Shown here in pieces: positions 8,519 through 16,892 of a stretch of DNA of 64,000 bases; the first letter of the stretch is position 1; each line of letters begins with the position of its first letter. Source of the stretch: an uncultured Candidatus Saccharibacteria bacterium (lineage in GTDB: Bacteria; Patescibacteriota; Minisyncoccia; Phycocordibacterales; UBA9973). Below the pieces are notes generated by a model. That model worked only from the letters and a program-made list of their open reading frames with translations, was not told where the DNA came from and did not search any database. The DNA lies in contig CAZLWF010000004.1 in NCBI GenBank assembly GCA_964563615.1, forward strand, positions 1,800-65,799. The letters are read 5' to 3'. The position numbers were made by a program, and so were the translations under genes.

Positions 8519-9919
8519 CTAAAATATATCATTAGATGATTCAGAAGTTCTTTGTGTCTGCTGAGAAAAAGATCCCATATTACCTTTTTCTATAGGTAAA
8601 AATGTTGAAAGCTTTTCTTCAAAATATAATTCAACCTTTCCAGTAGGCCCATTTCTGTGCTTCTCAATTAAAATCTCTGCGACATTAGTCCTCTCAGATT
8701 CATCTTTATATTTATCTTCTCGGTGAATAAACATAACAACATCGGCATCCTGCTCGATAGAGCCTGAATCTCGTAAATCAGAAAGTCTAGGTTTGCCACC
8801 TCGAGCTTCGATCGCACGAGATAGCTGCGAGAGAGCAAGGACTGGTACGTCTAGATCTCGGGCCAGGCTCTTTAGGGATCGTGAAATCTCCGTTACTTGG
8901 TTGACCATAGAATCATAATTCTTTGAGGTTGTCATGAGTTGCAAGTAGTCAATAATAATGAGTCCAAGTCCATGCTCGCTTTTGAGTCTTCTCGCTGTTG
9001 CGCGCATATGCATGATTGAGTTGCCAGCCTGGTCGTCGATATAGATAGGCGCTTTCGATAATTTGTCGAGTGCATCGCGAAGTCTTGAAAATTCATTATC
9101 AGTACTAAGCTTGCCTGTACGCAGATTCCAAGCATTCACTTTTGATTCAGCTGCAAGCATGCGGTCAACCAGCTGCTGTGCGCTCATTTCAAGCGAGAAA
9201 ATGCCAACTGGAATATTATGAGTTGTTGCAGCCATACGAGCAATATCAAGTGCAAGTGTTGTTTTACCGATTGATGGACGAGCAGCCAAAATAATAAGAT
9301 CTGACTTTTGGAGTCCTGCAAGCATATTATCCAAATCAGCAAAACCAGTCGGTATGCCGCGAAGCTCGCCACTAGTGCCATGAAGTTTTTCTATTCGCTC
9401 CCATGCGCCAGTTAGGGTTTGTTTGATACTAATAAACTTCTTGCCTTTTGATGAGCCAGTAATACTAAAGAGTCTCTTTTCAGCACGATCGAGTATTTCT
9501 TCCACAGGTTCTGTCGATTCTTCAAATCCAGTCGCTGAGACATCGTCGCCCGCGCTAATAAGCTCGCGTAAAATATACTTCTTCTCAACAATATCTGCGT
9601 AATGCTTTAAGTTCGAAGCAGAAGGTACTTTATCTATAAGTTCTGTAAGGTAACTGTTGCCGCCAACTCGCTCGAGTAGATTTTTTTCAGTCAGAATTGT
9701 TGAAAGTGTTAGAAGGTCAATAGGTTGGCTTTTAAGTGATAGCTCAAGCATGGCATCAAAAATCAATCGGTGTCGCTCGCTATAAAATGAGTCTGTGGCA
9801 ATCGCATCAGTGACATCGAGTAACCCACCCGGGCGAATAAGTATTGATCCAAGTACCGCTTGTTCTGAGTCAAGGCTTTGCGGGGGCAATCTAAGAGATG
9901 GCTTTTTAGGTGATGACAT
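8519..9919 (-). CDS. dnaB: replicative DNA helicase DnaB
   Basis: PPQSLDSEQAVLGSILI N-terminus, Walker A (ARPSIGKT), and IIIDYLQLM / SQLSR motifs. Confidence 0.92.
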   Translation of the reverse strand: MSSPKKPSLRLPPQSLDSEQAVLGSILIRPGGLLDVTDAIATDSFYSERHRLIFDAMLELSLKSQPIDLLTLSTILTEKNLLERVGGNSYLTELIDKVPSASNLKHYADIVEKKYILRELISAGDDVSATGFEESTEPVEEILDRAEKRLFSITGSSKGKKFISIKQTLTGAWERIEKLHGTSGELRGIPTGFADLDNMLAGLQKSDLIILAARPSIGKTTLALDIARMAATTHNIPVGIFSLEMSAQQLVDRMLAAESKVNAWNLRTGKLSTDNEFSRLRDALDKLSKAPIYIDDQAGNSIMHMRATARRLKSEHGLGLIIIDYLQLMTTSKNYDSMVNQVTEISRSLKSLARDLDVPVLALSQLSRAIEARGGKPRLSDLRDSGSIEQDADVVMFIHREDKYKDESERTNVAEILIEKHRNGPTGKVELYFEEKLSTFLPIEKGNMGSFSQQTQRTSESSNDIF

Positions 9920-9926
9920 GTCGACA

Positions 9927-9935
9927 ATTCTAACA
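9927..9935 (-). promoter_or_regulatory. extended -10 element TGtTAGAAT for dnaB
   Basis: Read on the minus strand. 7 nt to ATG 9919, no SD. Confidence 0.4.
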
Positions 9936-10041
9936 TACTGAAATATCTACAGTGAGTGCGTCTATACAGCATAATTGTGTGTAAGTTGTGGATACATACA
10001 CAATGATTCCAAAAAAACTTATTATTTGTTATGCTTCATAT

Positions 10042-11106
10042 ATGAAAAACAACGCTGTCGTCGCACTTACTGGAGATCGTCCTACAGGTCGGTTACATTT
10101 AGGTCACTATGTAGGTTCGCTTACAGAACGCGTTAAACTCCAAGATGCAGCCGAGCAGGCATTCTATATGATTGCCGATGTGCAGGCCCTGACTGATAAT
10201 GCTGATAATCCAGACAAGGTACGAAATAATGTGCTTGAAGTTGCGCTCGATAACCTAGCTGTGGGCGTTGATCCAACCAAGACTACTATGTATATTCAGT
10301 CGCTCGTGCCTGAGATTGCAGAACTAACTATCTTTTTCTTAAATTTAGTTACTGTAAATCGATTATTACAGAACCCTACAGTTAAGACAGAAATTTTACA
10401 AAAGGGATGGGGACTGTCTGAAATTAAAGAAACAAATGGAATTTTGGAAAAAACTGAAAATATTAATAAACCTGGTGTGCCAGCTGGTTTCTTGACATAT
10501 CCTATTTCACAAGCTTCCGATATTCTCATTATGAAAAGTAATATTATTCCAGTCGGCGAAGATCAAAAACCAATAATTGAACTAACAAATGAAATTATTG
10601 ATACGTTCAATCGTTATTACGGAGAAGTTTTTTCTAAAGTTAAGATTCAACTTAGTGAGACCCCAAGACTTGTCGGTACTGATGGCAATGCCAAAATGTC
10701 AAAGTCACTTGGTAATTGTATTTACCTAGCAGATAGTAATGAAATAATTGAAGAGAAGGTCATGGCTATGTACACTGATCCAACTCATATTCGTGTCGAA
10801 GATCCTGGGAACGTAGAGGGGAATGTCGTATTTACGTATCTTGATATTTTTGATCCAAATAAATCAGAAGTCGCAGAATTAAAAGCTCAGTATCAAAAAG
10901 GCGGTCTCGGGGATGTGATCCTCAAGAAACGTCTTGCTGGTATTCTTCAAGAATTAATTACACCAATTCGTGAAAAGCGAGAGCGACTTGCCGAAGATCC
11001 TCGCATGATTATGGATATATTGAAAGATGGTACCGCCACAGCGCGTAAAACCGCTCAAGCCACCCTCGCCGAAGTCCGTCAGGCAATGAAGATTGACTAC
11101 TTTTAA
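10042..11106 (+). CDS. trpS: tryptophan--tRNA ligase
   Basis: GDRPTGRLHLGHYVG (HIGH region) and KMSKSLGN. Start placed at ATG 10042. The ORF track start 9988 is a GTG lying in the divergent promoter region. Confidence 0.85.
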   Translation: MKNNAVVALTGDRPTGRLHLGHYVGSLTERVKLQDAAEQAFYMIADVQALTDNADNPDKVRNNVLEVALDNLAVGVDPTKTTMYIQSLVPEIAELTIFFLNLVTVNRLLQNPTVKTEILQKGWGLSEIKETNGILEKTENINKPGVPAGFLTYPISQASDILIMKSNIIPVGEDQKPIIELTNEIIDTFNRYYGEVFSKVKIQLSETPRLVGTDGNAKMSKSLGNCIYLADSNEIIEEKVMAMYTDPTHIRVEDPGNVEGNVVFTYLDIFDPNKSEVAELKAQYQKGGLGDVILKKRLAGILQELITPIREKRERLAEDPRMIMDILKDGTATARKTAQATLAEVRQAMKIDYF

Positions 11107-12921
11107 ATGAAAAAGGACAATAAACACACTATACGGCAAATAGCACGAACCGCCGCAAGATCATTTGCATTTGCATGGCAAACTAGTCCATTGCTTTTTT
11201 CTGCACTTATACTTTTCTCGCTACTTATTTCAGGTATTCCTTATTTACAAAATGGAATATTGGGTGAATTAATTAATACAATCGTGGATGGAACCAAGAC
11301 TCAGATATTCTCACGTGAAATAGTATTCTATTTGCTTATTCTTATTGCATCATCACTTTTCGCTGGTGTTATTGGTGACCTACAAAGTTATTGTCGGACA
11401 CTTTTTCGTTTTTGGTTTATACGTAATACTGAAATTGTTTTGCTTACGAAAAAAGCCTCGATTGATATAGCACTGTATCATGACAAAAAATTCAATGATC
11501 TTGTCAATATTGCTCAAGAGCGGGGAACAGGAGCAATCTATCAACTTATCGACGCAACACTTTCTAATATCGCAAATGTATTTGCAATTATTGTGGCAAG
11601 TATAATTTTGATTAAAATTAACCCACTCATATTTGTGCTTGCATTTGTTGGCACGCTCCCGGTTATTTATGTTGAAAAGAAATATGGGAGTGGGATTTAT
11701 TGGATTTGGGATATGAATGCTGAAAAGAGGAGAGAGTATTTCAACAAGCGAAGTCACTTTATGAATAGTAAAGCAATTACAGAGCTCAAATTATTCCAGA
11801 ATATTAAGTTTTTTATTAGCCATATTCATAAAGTACTTTTAGATTTTGACAAAGAAGTAGAAACTGTTGAAAGAAAGAAGCTTATAGCTGATCTGTTGAG
11901 TTTTGTAATTCAAATAAGTTTTTTTGCATGGTCGCTATATATCATTATAAATCAGACAATCATGGGTATAATTGCAGTCGGTACACTGACATTCCTGTAT
12001 AGCACAATGCGAGGTTTACAAGGTTCACTTTCATCAACTCTACGCTATTTAGGCGAACAGGAGGAAATGAGTAGATTCTCTGAAGCGCAATATAAATTAA
12101 TGGATACACAGCCAGTAATTATCGCATCAAAAAATCCACAAAAGCTTAATCTTACACAACCACCCGAAATAACATTTGAAAATATTTGGTTTAGATACCC
12201 AGAAAGCACAACGGACATTCTTAAAGGTATTTCGTTTACAGTTCATCCAGGTGAAAATATTGCAATCGTTGGACATAATGGAGCCGGCAAAACAACTCTT
12301 ATGTTTTTATTGTGCAGAATTTATGATCCAACCCAAGGACGAGTACTTATCAATGGTATTGATATTAAAGAGCTTGACATAGATGAATGGTGGAGTTATC
12401 TAGGAATACTTTTCCAAGATTATGAGACATATCATTTCAAAATTAAAGAGGTCATTGCACTTGGTCGAAGTGAAAAACCTTTTAATTTAACAAAAGTTAT
12501 TGAAGCAGCACAGCATAGTCGGATTTACGATACTATACAAGCATTGCCGATGAAATTTGATCAACAGCTAGGCAAGGGGTTTACAGATGGAGTAGAACTT
12601 TCAAAAGGTAACGAGCAACGCCTTGCGCTTGCTAGACTTTTCTATCGCAATGCTTTCATTAATATTTTAGATGAACCAACGGCCTCAATTGATGCAAAAG
12701 CCGAAGAAGAGATTTTTGAAAACTTAGATACTTTTGCAAAAGGTAAGGTGGTTATTAATATCTCACACCGATTTTCAACAGTTTTAAAATCAGATAAAAT
12801 TTATGTTATTGAGCATGGCAAGATAGCAGAACAGGGCTCACACGCCGAACTGCTTAAGAAGAAAGGTATGTACGCTGAGCTTTTTAATGCTCAAGCAAAA
12901 TATTTTCAAGCTGAAAATTAG
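11107..12921 (+). CDS. ABC transporter, fused permease/ATPase (exporter type)
   Basis: N-terminal 6-TM domain, Walker A GHNGAGKTT, Walker B ILDEPTASID and H-loop ISHR. The signature motif is unusual: LSKGNEQR. Confidence 0.85.
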   Translation: MKKDNKHTIRQIARTAARSFAFAWQTSPLLFSALILFSLLISGIPYLQNGILGELINTIVDGTKTQIFSREIVFYLLILIASSLFAGVIGDLQSYCRTLFRFWFIRNTEIVLLTKKASIDIALYHDKKFNDLVNIAQERGTGAIYQLIDATLSNIANVFAIIVASIILIKINPLIFVLAFVGTLPVIYVEKKYGSGIYWIWDMNAEKRREYFNKRSHFMNSKAITELKLFQNIKFFISHIHKVLLDFDKEVETVERKKLIADLLSFVIQISFFAWSLYIIINQTIMGIIAVGTLTFLYSTMRGLQGSLSSTLRYLGEQEEMSRFSEAQYKLMDTQPVIIASKNPQKLNLTQPPEITFENIWFRYPESTTDILKGISFTVHPGENIAIVGHNGAGKTTLMFLLCRIYDPTQGRVLINGIDIKELDIDEWWSYLGILFQDYETYHFKIKEVIALGRSEKPFNLTKVIEAAQHSRIYDTIQALPMKFDQQLGKGFTDGVELSKGNEQRLALARLFYRNAFINILDEPTASIDAKAEEEIFENLDTFAKGKVVINISHRFSTVLKSDKIYVIEHGKIAEQGSHAELLKKKGMYAELFNAQAKYFQAEN

Positions 12922-12937
12922 CTTGCGGTTTTTTATT
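12907..12937 (+). terminator. possible intrinsic terminator overlapping the ABC stop codon
   Basis: CAAGCT (12907-12912) pairs with AGCTTG (12920-12925), followed by CGGTTTTTTATTT. Confidence 0.5.
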
Positions 12938-12967
12938 TGCTTGCTACACTAAGCATATCTAATGATC

Positions 12968-13123
12968 CGTTGACAGCGGGGAAGATAGAGTAAAACCTCT
13001 CGGGAAAGCCCGTTATAGCTAGGCTAAATGCCGAAATGAGTCGATAAAGTAGGGTGGCACCGCGATCAAAAATCGCCCCTGCGAATTTACTAGTAATGTA
13101 AGTTCGAAGAGGCGATTTTTGTT
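12968..13123 (+). promoter_or_regulatory. T-box leader (tRNA-sensing transcription attenuator) of aspS
   Basis: T-box core AAAGUAGGGUGGCACCGCG at 13046-13064. Antiterminator helices AGGG/CCCU and GCGAU/AUCGC flank the 7-nt bulge UGGCACC (13055-13061). A competing terminator pairs 13070-13077 with 13111-13118 and is followed by a U-tract. Confidence 0.85.
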
Positions 13124-13129
13124 ACCTCT

Positions 13130-14443
13130 TTGAATCAAAATAATATGATTCAAGCAAAACATGTGAATGAGCTAAAAAGTGAAGTTGGAAATGAAGTCAT
13201 TATACAAGGCTTCGTGCAGACGCTTCGTGTGCAAAGTAAAATTATTTTTCTCATCCTTCGTGATGTCACAGGTATCGTACAAAACATTATCGAAGCAAGC
13301 GTCCCAGATGTATTTGAGACTGCAAAGACGCTTTCTCATGAATCTGTGGTACGAATCACTGGTATCGTCAAAGAAGCGGCACAAGCACCAGGAGGATTGG
13401 AGCTAGGCGTAAATAGTATTGAAGTGCTTTCTGTTGCAAATCCAGAACTACCAATACCTATTGTTGTGAAGGGAAGTGACGAAGAATCAGAGGCACCGAC
13501 GAGATTTGATTATCGCTGGATCGATCTACGTAAACCTGAAAAAACAAAGATATTTAAAGTTTGGACAACCCTAGAGAAAGGTTTTCGAAAATACTGGGAT
13601 GAGAACAACTACATGCAAGTGTATTCACCATCGTTTATGTCGACACCGTCTGAGACAGGCGCAGAAGTATTCGAAGTAAAATATTTTGATCGCAAAGCAT
13701 ACCTTGCTCAGTCGCCACAATTCTACAAGCAAATGGCAATCGCTTCAGGATTCGAGCGAGTGTTTATCGCCGGTCCTGTTTTCCGCGCAGAAGAATCATT
13801 TACCTCAAGACATCTTACTGAATTTACCGGCTGGGACTTTGAGCTTGGATTTATCGACTCACATCATGATGTTATGGATCAAGAAGAAGGCATGCTTGTT
13901 GCAGGATTTGAAGCTGTATCTCAAGCATTTCCAGAGCTCGGTATTATTGTGCCAAAACGACCATTTCCACGAATTACAATGATTGAAGCTAAGAAAATTT
14001 TAGCAACACTCAATGTTCCAAGCAGTGAGGACTACGATTTATCACCAGAAGAAGAGCGGGCAATGAGTGAGTATGTAAAAAAAGAATTTGATCATGAATT
14101 TGTTTTTATCCATGAATATCATAAAAGTAAAAGTGCGTTCTACCATATGCGACTCGAAGAGGGCAGTGATTATTCGAGACGCGCAGACTTACTTTTCCGA
14201 GGCATTGAAGTCACAACACTTGCCCAACGCGAGCATCGAATCGAAATCCTAGAGCAACAGGCAAAAGATAAAGGCATGAGTCTCGAAGCACTTAAAGATT
14301 ATCTTAACTTCTTCCGGTATGGTGTACCACCGCACGGCGGTGCTGGCATAGGCCCAGGACGACTCATTATGAAGCTCTTGGACCTTCCAAATGTCCGAGA
14401 AGCAACCTATATTCCACGCGATGTAAAGCGTTTGAATCCGTAA
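13130..14443 (+). CDS. aspS: aspartate--tRNA ligase, archaeal/eukaryal type (probably non-discriminating)
   Basis: About 437 aa. AYLAQSPQFYKQ, FRAEESFTSRHLTEF, QREHR, PPHGGAGIGPGRL and the C-terminal IPRDVKRLNP closely parallel archaeal AspRS. Start is TTG 13130 or ATG 13145. Confidence 0.88.
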   Translation: MNQNNMIQAKHVNELKSEVGNEVIIQGFVQTLRVQSKIIFLILRDVTGIVQNIIEASVPDVFETAKTLSHESVVRITGIVKEAAQAPGGLELGVNSIEVLSVANPELPIPIVVKGSDEESEAPTRFDYRWIDLRKPEKTKIFKVWTTLEKGFRKYWDENNYMQVYSPSFMSTPSETGAEVFEVKYFDRKAYLAQSPQFYKQMAIASGFERVFIAGPVFRAEESFTSRHLTEFTGWDFELGFIDSHHDVMDQEEGMLVAGFEAVSQAFPELGIIVPKRPFPRITMIEAKKILATLNVPSSEDYDLSPEEERAMSEYVKKEFDHEFVFIHEYHKSKSAFYHMRLEEGSDYSRRADLLFRGIEVTTLAQREHRIEILEQQAKDKGMSLEALKDYLNFFRYGVPPHGGAGIGPGRLIMKLLDLPNVREATYIPRDVKRLNP

Positions 14444-14513
14444 GATTTAAATTAAATATACCAATAGTAAGATTGCCTAGTTTTGGCAATGTTACTTATC
14501 CACACAACTTTAC

Positions 14514-14542
14514 TTGACTAAAGAACTTTACTTTGCTAAAGT
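14514..14542 (+). promoter_or_regulatory. putative promoter (TTGACT-17-TAAAGT)
   Basis: -35 at 14514-14519 and -10 at 14537-14542, with 6 nt to ATG 14549. A perfect TTATCCACA 9-mer sits at 14496-14504 just upstream. Confidence 0.5.
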
Positions 14543-14548
14543 ACCGTT

Positions 14549-14872
14549 ATGGAATTCAATTGGAATATAAAACCAAATACGCAACTACTTGAAGCTATCG
14601 TCTCTCTTGAAAACACCGATGAAGCCAAGCGTTTTCTGCGTGACCTTATGACAGAAGGCGAAATAGAAGAATTCGGCAAAAGACTCGAAGCTGCACGCCT
14701 GCTTTCAAAAAATACTCAGTATAGCTCAATCATTGAACAAACTGGTCTTTCTTCAACGACAATTGCCCGTATCGCTAAATGGCTTCGAGGTTCACTCGGA
14801 GGATACAATCTTATACTTACACGTATTGCCCATCATCATAATTCTATCCAACCAAGGAGAGGATTGTCTTAA
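14549..14872 (+). CDS. TrpR-like YerC/YecD-family DNA-binding protein
   Basis: 107 aa. The pattern LEAIVSL...EAKRFLRDL...EEFGKRLEAARLL...TGLSSTTIARI matches the YerC/YecD family. Confidence 0.7.
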   Translation: MEFNWNIKPNTQLLEAIVSLENTDEAKRFLRDLMTEGEIEEFGKRLEAARLLSKNTQYSSIIEQTGLSSTTIARIAKWLRGSLGGYNLILTRIAHHHNSIQPRRGLS

Positions 14873-14890
14873 TGCATGTGGTATGAAGCC

Positions 14891-14924
14891 AACCCCCTCC
14901 TTGTTTGGAGGGGGTTGTTTTTAT
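14891..14924 (+). terminator. intrinsic terminator
   Basis: AACCCCCTCC (14891-14900) pairs with GGAGGGGGTT (14907-14916), followed by GTTTTTATT. Confidence 0.8.
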
Positions 14925-14930
14925 TCACAG

Positions 14931-14936
14931 TAAAAT
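14931..14936 (+). promoter_or_regulatory. putative -10 box TAAAAT upstream of the tRNA-His leader
   Basis: TAAAAT, then 7 nt to A 14944. This would give a ~99-nt leader before tRNA-His. Confidence 0.35.
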
Positions 14937-15042
14937 TTTTACCATGAGATTTCCAGGCATTACTTGTTCTTTCGGTGGGTCACTAGGCGGTGCCGGTGTA
15001 CACCTTAACCAAAGCGAGGAGACAATATTTTCCTCGTTATAT

Positions 15043-15115
15043 GGTCTCCGTAGCTCAATAGAAGAGCGCTTCTTTGTGGAAGAAGTGGTTGAGGGTGCAA
15101 GTCCCTTCGGAGACC
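15043..15115 (+). tRNA. tRNA-His (anticodon GUG) with genome-encoded G-1
   Basis: Hand-folded cloverleaf. 8-bp acceptor GGTCTCCG/CGGAGACC including G-1:C73, D stem GCTC/GAGC, anticodon stem CTTCT/AGAAG, loop TTGTGGA. T arm is GAGGG-TGCAAGT-CCCTT, an atypical T loop. CCA is not fully encoded. Confidence 0.8.
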
Positions 15116-15135
15116 CACGCAAAATTTGCGTATAT

Positions 15136-16041
15136 ATGAGTTACAAAAATAATAAAAAGAAAAAGGATTTTCTTAATCAACTGAATCGTCAGATTGTGCT
15201 GATTAAAATTGCGTTTTTGAGAAAGTACTCATTGTTCATTCAAAAAAATAAACTAACTATGCAACAGCAACAAACAACCATTGTTATGAAATGGCTTCGT
15301 GATCAATGCAAAATGGTTCGAAGTAATAATATGCGTATTAATGATTGGGTAGATATTTATATTAATTCCTGCATTGAAAACGGAAAGCCAATTGAATTAT
15401 TAACGCAGTATTGTATATCTAAGGATCTGGAAAAACGGTACCAATTGCAAGGTAATCAATTTATACCTTTGCAAGCAGAAATAAAACTTTTCACCAAAGA
15501 AATACCTCGAATTATGAATATATTTATGAGTAATAATATTTCGGTGAATTGGTTTGTCACATTTAATGATTCGTTTATTGAGAAAGGAAGAGTTGATGAA
15601 AATATAGCTAATGCATATATCGTTATGATTAGTAGTCTTCAAGAAAATAAGAATATTATATTTCTCAATTGGGAAAAAGATATTCTCTACGATCGTCCAA
15701 AACCAAGCGAAGTTGTACTAGGAGATTTTTTCAGCTATGTATCACGCGATGCATACAACATAGCAATGAATGATCTTGTAAGTCGAACTGAAAAATTTTC
15801 TGACTTTAATGAAATTAAATCCGGTTTTGTAGAAGGCCTACAATTTAAAATTGCATGCGAAGCAGAAGAGGGCAGATTTTTAATGGAAGAAAAAGTAGGC
15901 ATGTTCGATAATCCAGGTAAATTTATTTTGGTACCATTAGAACTTCCCGAAAGATATGTATTCTTCAGTACTCTAGTACCTGATTTTCAAAAGAGAATCG
16001 TACCGATATTGAAGCCATACCCGTGGCGAATGACTTCGTAA
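15136..16041 (+). CDS. hypothetical protein (orphan)
   Basis: This is the 3' portion of ORF 14905..16041. The upstream part overlaps a terminator and tRNA-His, so the start is moved to ATG 15136 (alternatives 15259 and 15286). No family recognised. AT-rich. Confidence 0.5.
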   Translation: MSYKNNKKKKDFLNQLNRQIVLIKIAFLRKYSLFIQKNKLTMQQQQTTIVMKWLRDQCKMVRSNNMRINDWVDIYINSCIENGKPIELLTQYCISKDLEKRYQLQGNQFIPLQAEIKLFTKEIPRIMNIFMSNNISVNWFVTFNDSFIEKGRVDENIANAYIVMISSLQENKNIIFLNWEKDILYDRPKPSEVVLGDFFSYVSRDAYNIAMNDLVSRTEKFSDFNEIKSGFVEGLQFKIACEAEEGRFLMEEKVGMFDNPGKFILVPLELPERYVFFSTLVPDFQKRIVPILKPYPWRMTS

Positions 16042-16050
16042 ATATGGAAA

Positions 16051-16080
16051 AACAGCGACCAATGTCGCTGTTTCTTTGTT
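16051..16080 (+). terminator. intrinsic terminator
   Basis: AACAGCGAC (16051-16059) pairs with GTCGCTGTT (16064-16072), followed by a T-rich tail. Confidence 0.6.
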
Positions 16081-16121
16081 GTTTTATTAAATTACTTTTT
16101 GAGGTAAACTAGTATGTACTT

Positions 16122-16892
16122 ATGGATACCAAAGAAGCAGTTGACTCATATACCGTCACCACAGGCACTTTCTCTGGTCCTTTTGAACTTTTGCTTGAGC
16201 TGATTGAAAGTCACAAGCTTTTCATTAATGAAATTTCACTAGCTGAGGTAACTAATGAGTATGTGAATTATCTCAAAACAGAAAAGGGTCTCGATATGCA
16301 AATAGCGACCAATTTTATTTTAATTGCTGCAACACTTATTCTGATCAAATCTCGCTCATTATTGCCAAATCTAAAATTAACCGAAGAGGAAGCGGAGAGT
16401 ATCACAAGCCTTGAAGCGAGACTCAAGCTTTATCAAATCATCAAAGACATTAGCCCATCTATTCAGGAAAAATTCGGTAAACAAATTATTTTCTCGGCAC
16501 CAACTGGGGCAAATGAACACACTGTCTTTAGTCCTCATGATAAAATTACAAAATCCGCACTCGAACAAGCCATCCAAGATGTACTTCGAGCTTTGCCTAA
16601 AAAGGAAATCCTGCCTGAAGTAACTGTCCGCAAAGTTATGAATATCGAGGAGTTGATTGATTCATTGACTCTCCGAATGACGCAGGCTGTCAATGTAAGC
16701 TTTAAGTCTTTTACGAACGAATACAAAACTGAAGATAGTAAAGAAGCTAAAATGTTTACTATTGTTACGTTTTTAGCTATGCTTGAGCTTGTTCGATCAG
16801 GTCTCATTGATGTGCTGCAAAGTAACTTGTTCGATGATATGACCATAACAAAAGATATGCCTCAGCAACCACAACAATATGGAAATAACTGA
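16122..16892 (+). CDS. scpA: segregation and condensation protein A
   Basis: FSGPFELLLELIESHKLFINEISLAEVT is a typical ScpA N-terminus. Overlaps scpB. Confidence 0.85.
   Translation: MDTKEAVDSYTVTTGTFSGPFELLLELIESHKLFINEISLAEVTNEYVNYLKTEKGLDMQIATNFILIAATLILIKSRSLLPNLKLTEEEAESITSLEARLKLYQIIKDISPSIQEKFGKQIIFSAPTGANEHTVFSPHDKITKSALEQAIQDVLRALPKKEILPEVTVRKVMNIEELIDSLTLRMTQAVNVSFKSFTNEYKTEDSKEAKMFTIVTFLAMLELVRSGLIDVLQSNLFDDMTITKDMPQQPQQYGNN

Noticed and set aside
9920-10041. Replication origin next to dnaB (DnaA-box-like TGTGGATAC).
   Set aside because: There is a single imperfect box, no box cluster or AT-rich unwinding element, and no dnaA/dnaN nearby.
14905-15135. N-terminal 77 codons of ORF 14905-16041 (or a start at ATG 14944 behind the TAAAAT box).
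   Set aside because: This part overlaps a strong terminator hairpin and a well-formed tRNA-His. The open frame is best explained by the local GC richness. The CDS was trimmed to 15136.
15100-16121. Integrated mobile element at tRNA-His.
   Set aside because: I found no integrase and no direct repeat of the tRNA 3' end (GTCCCTTCGGAGACCCA) downstream of the orphan gene. Only the weak orphan observation is kept.
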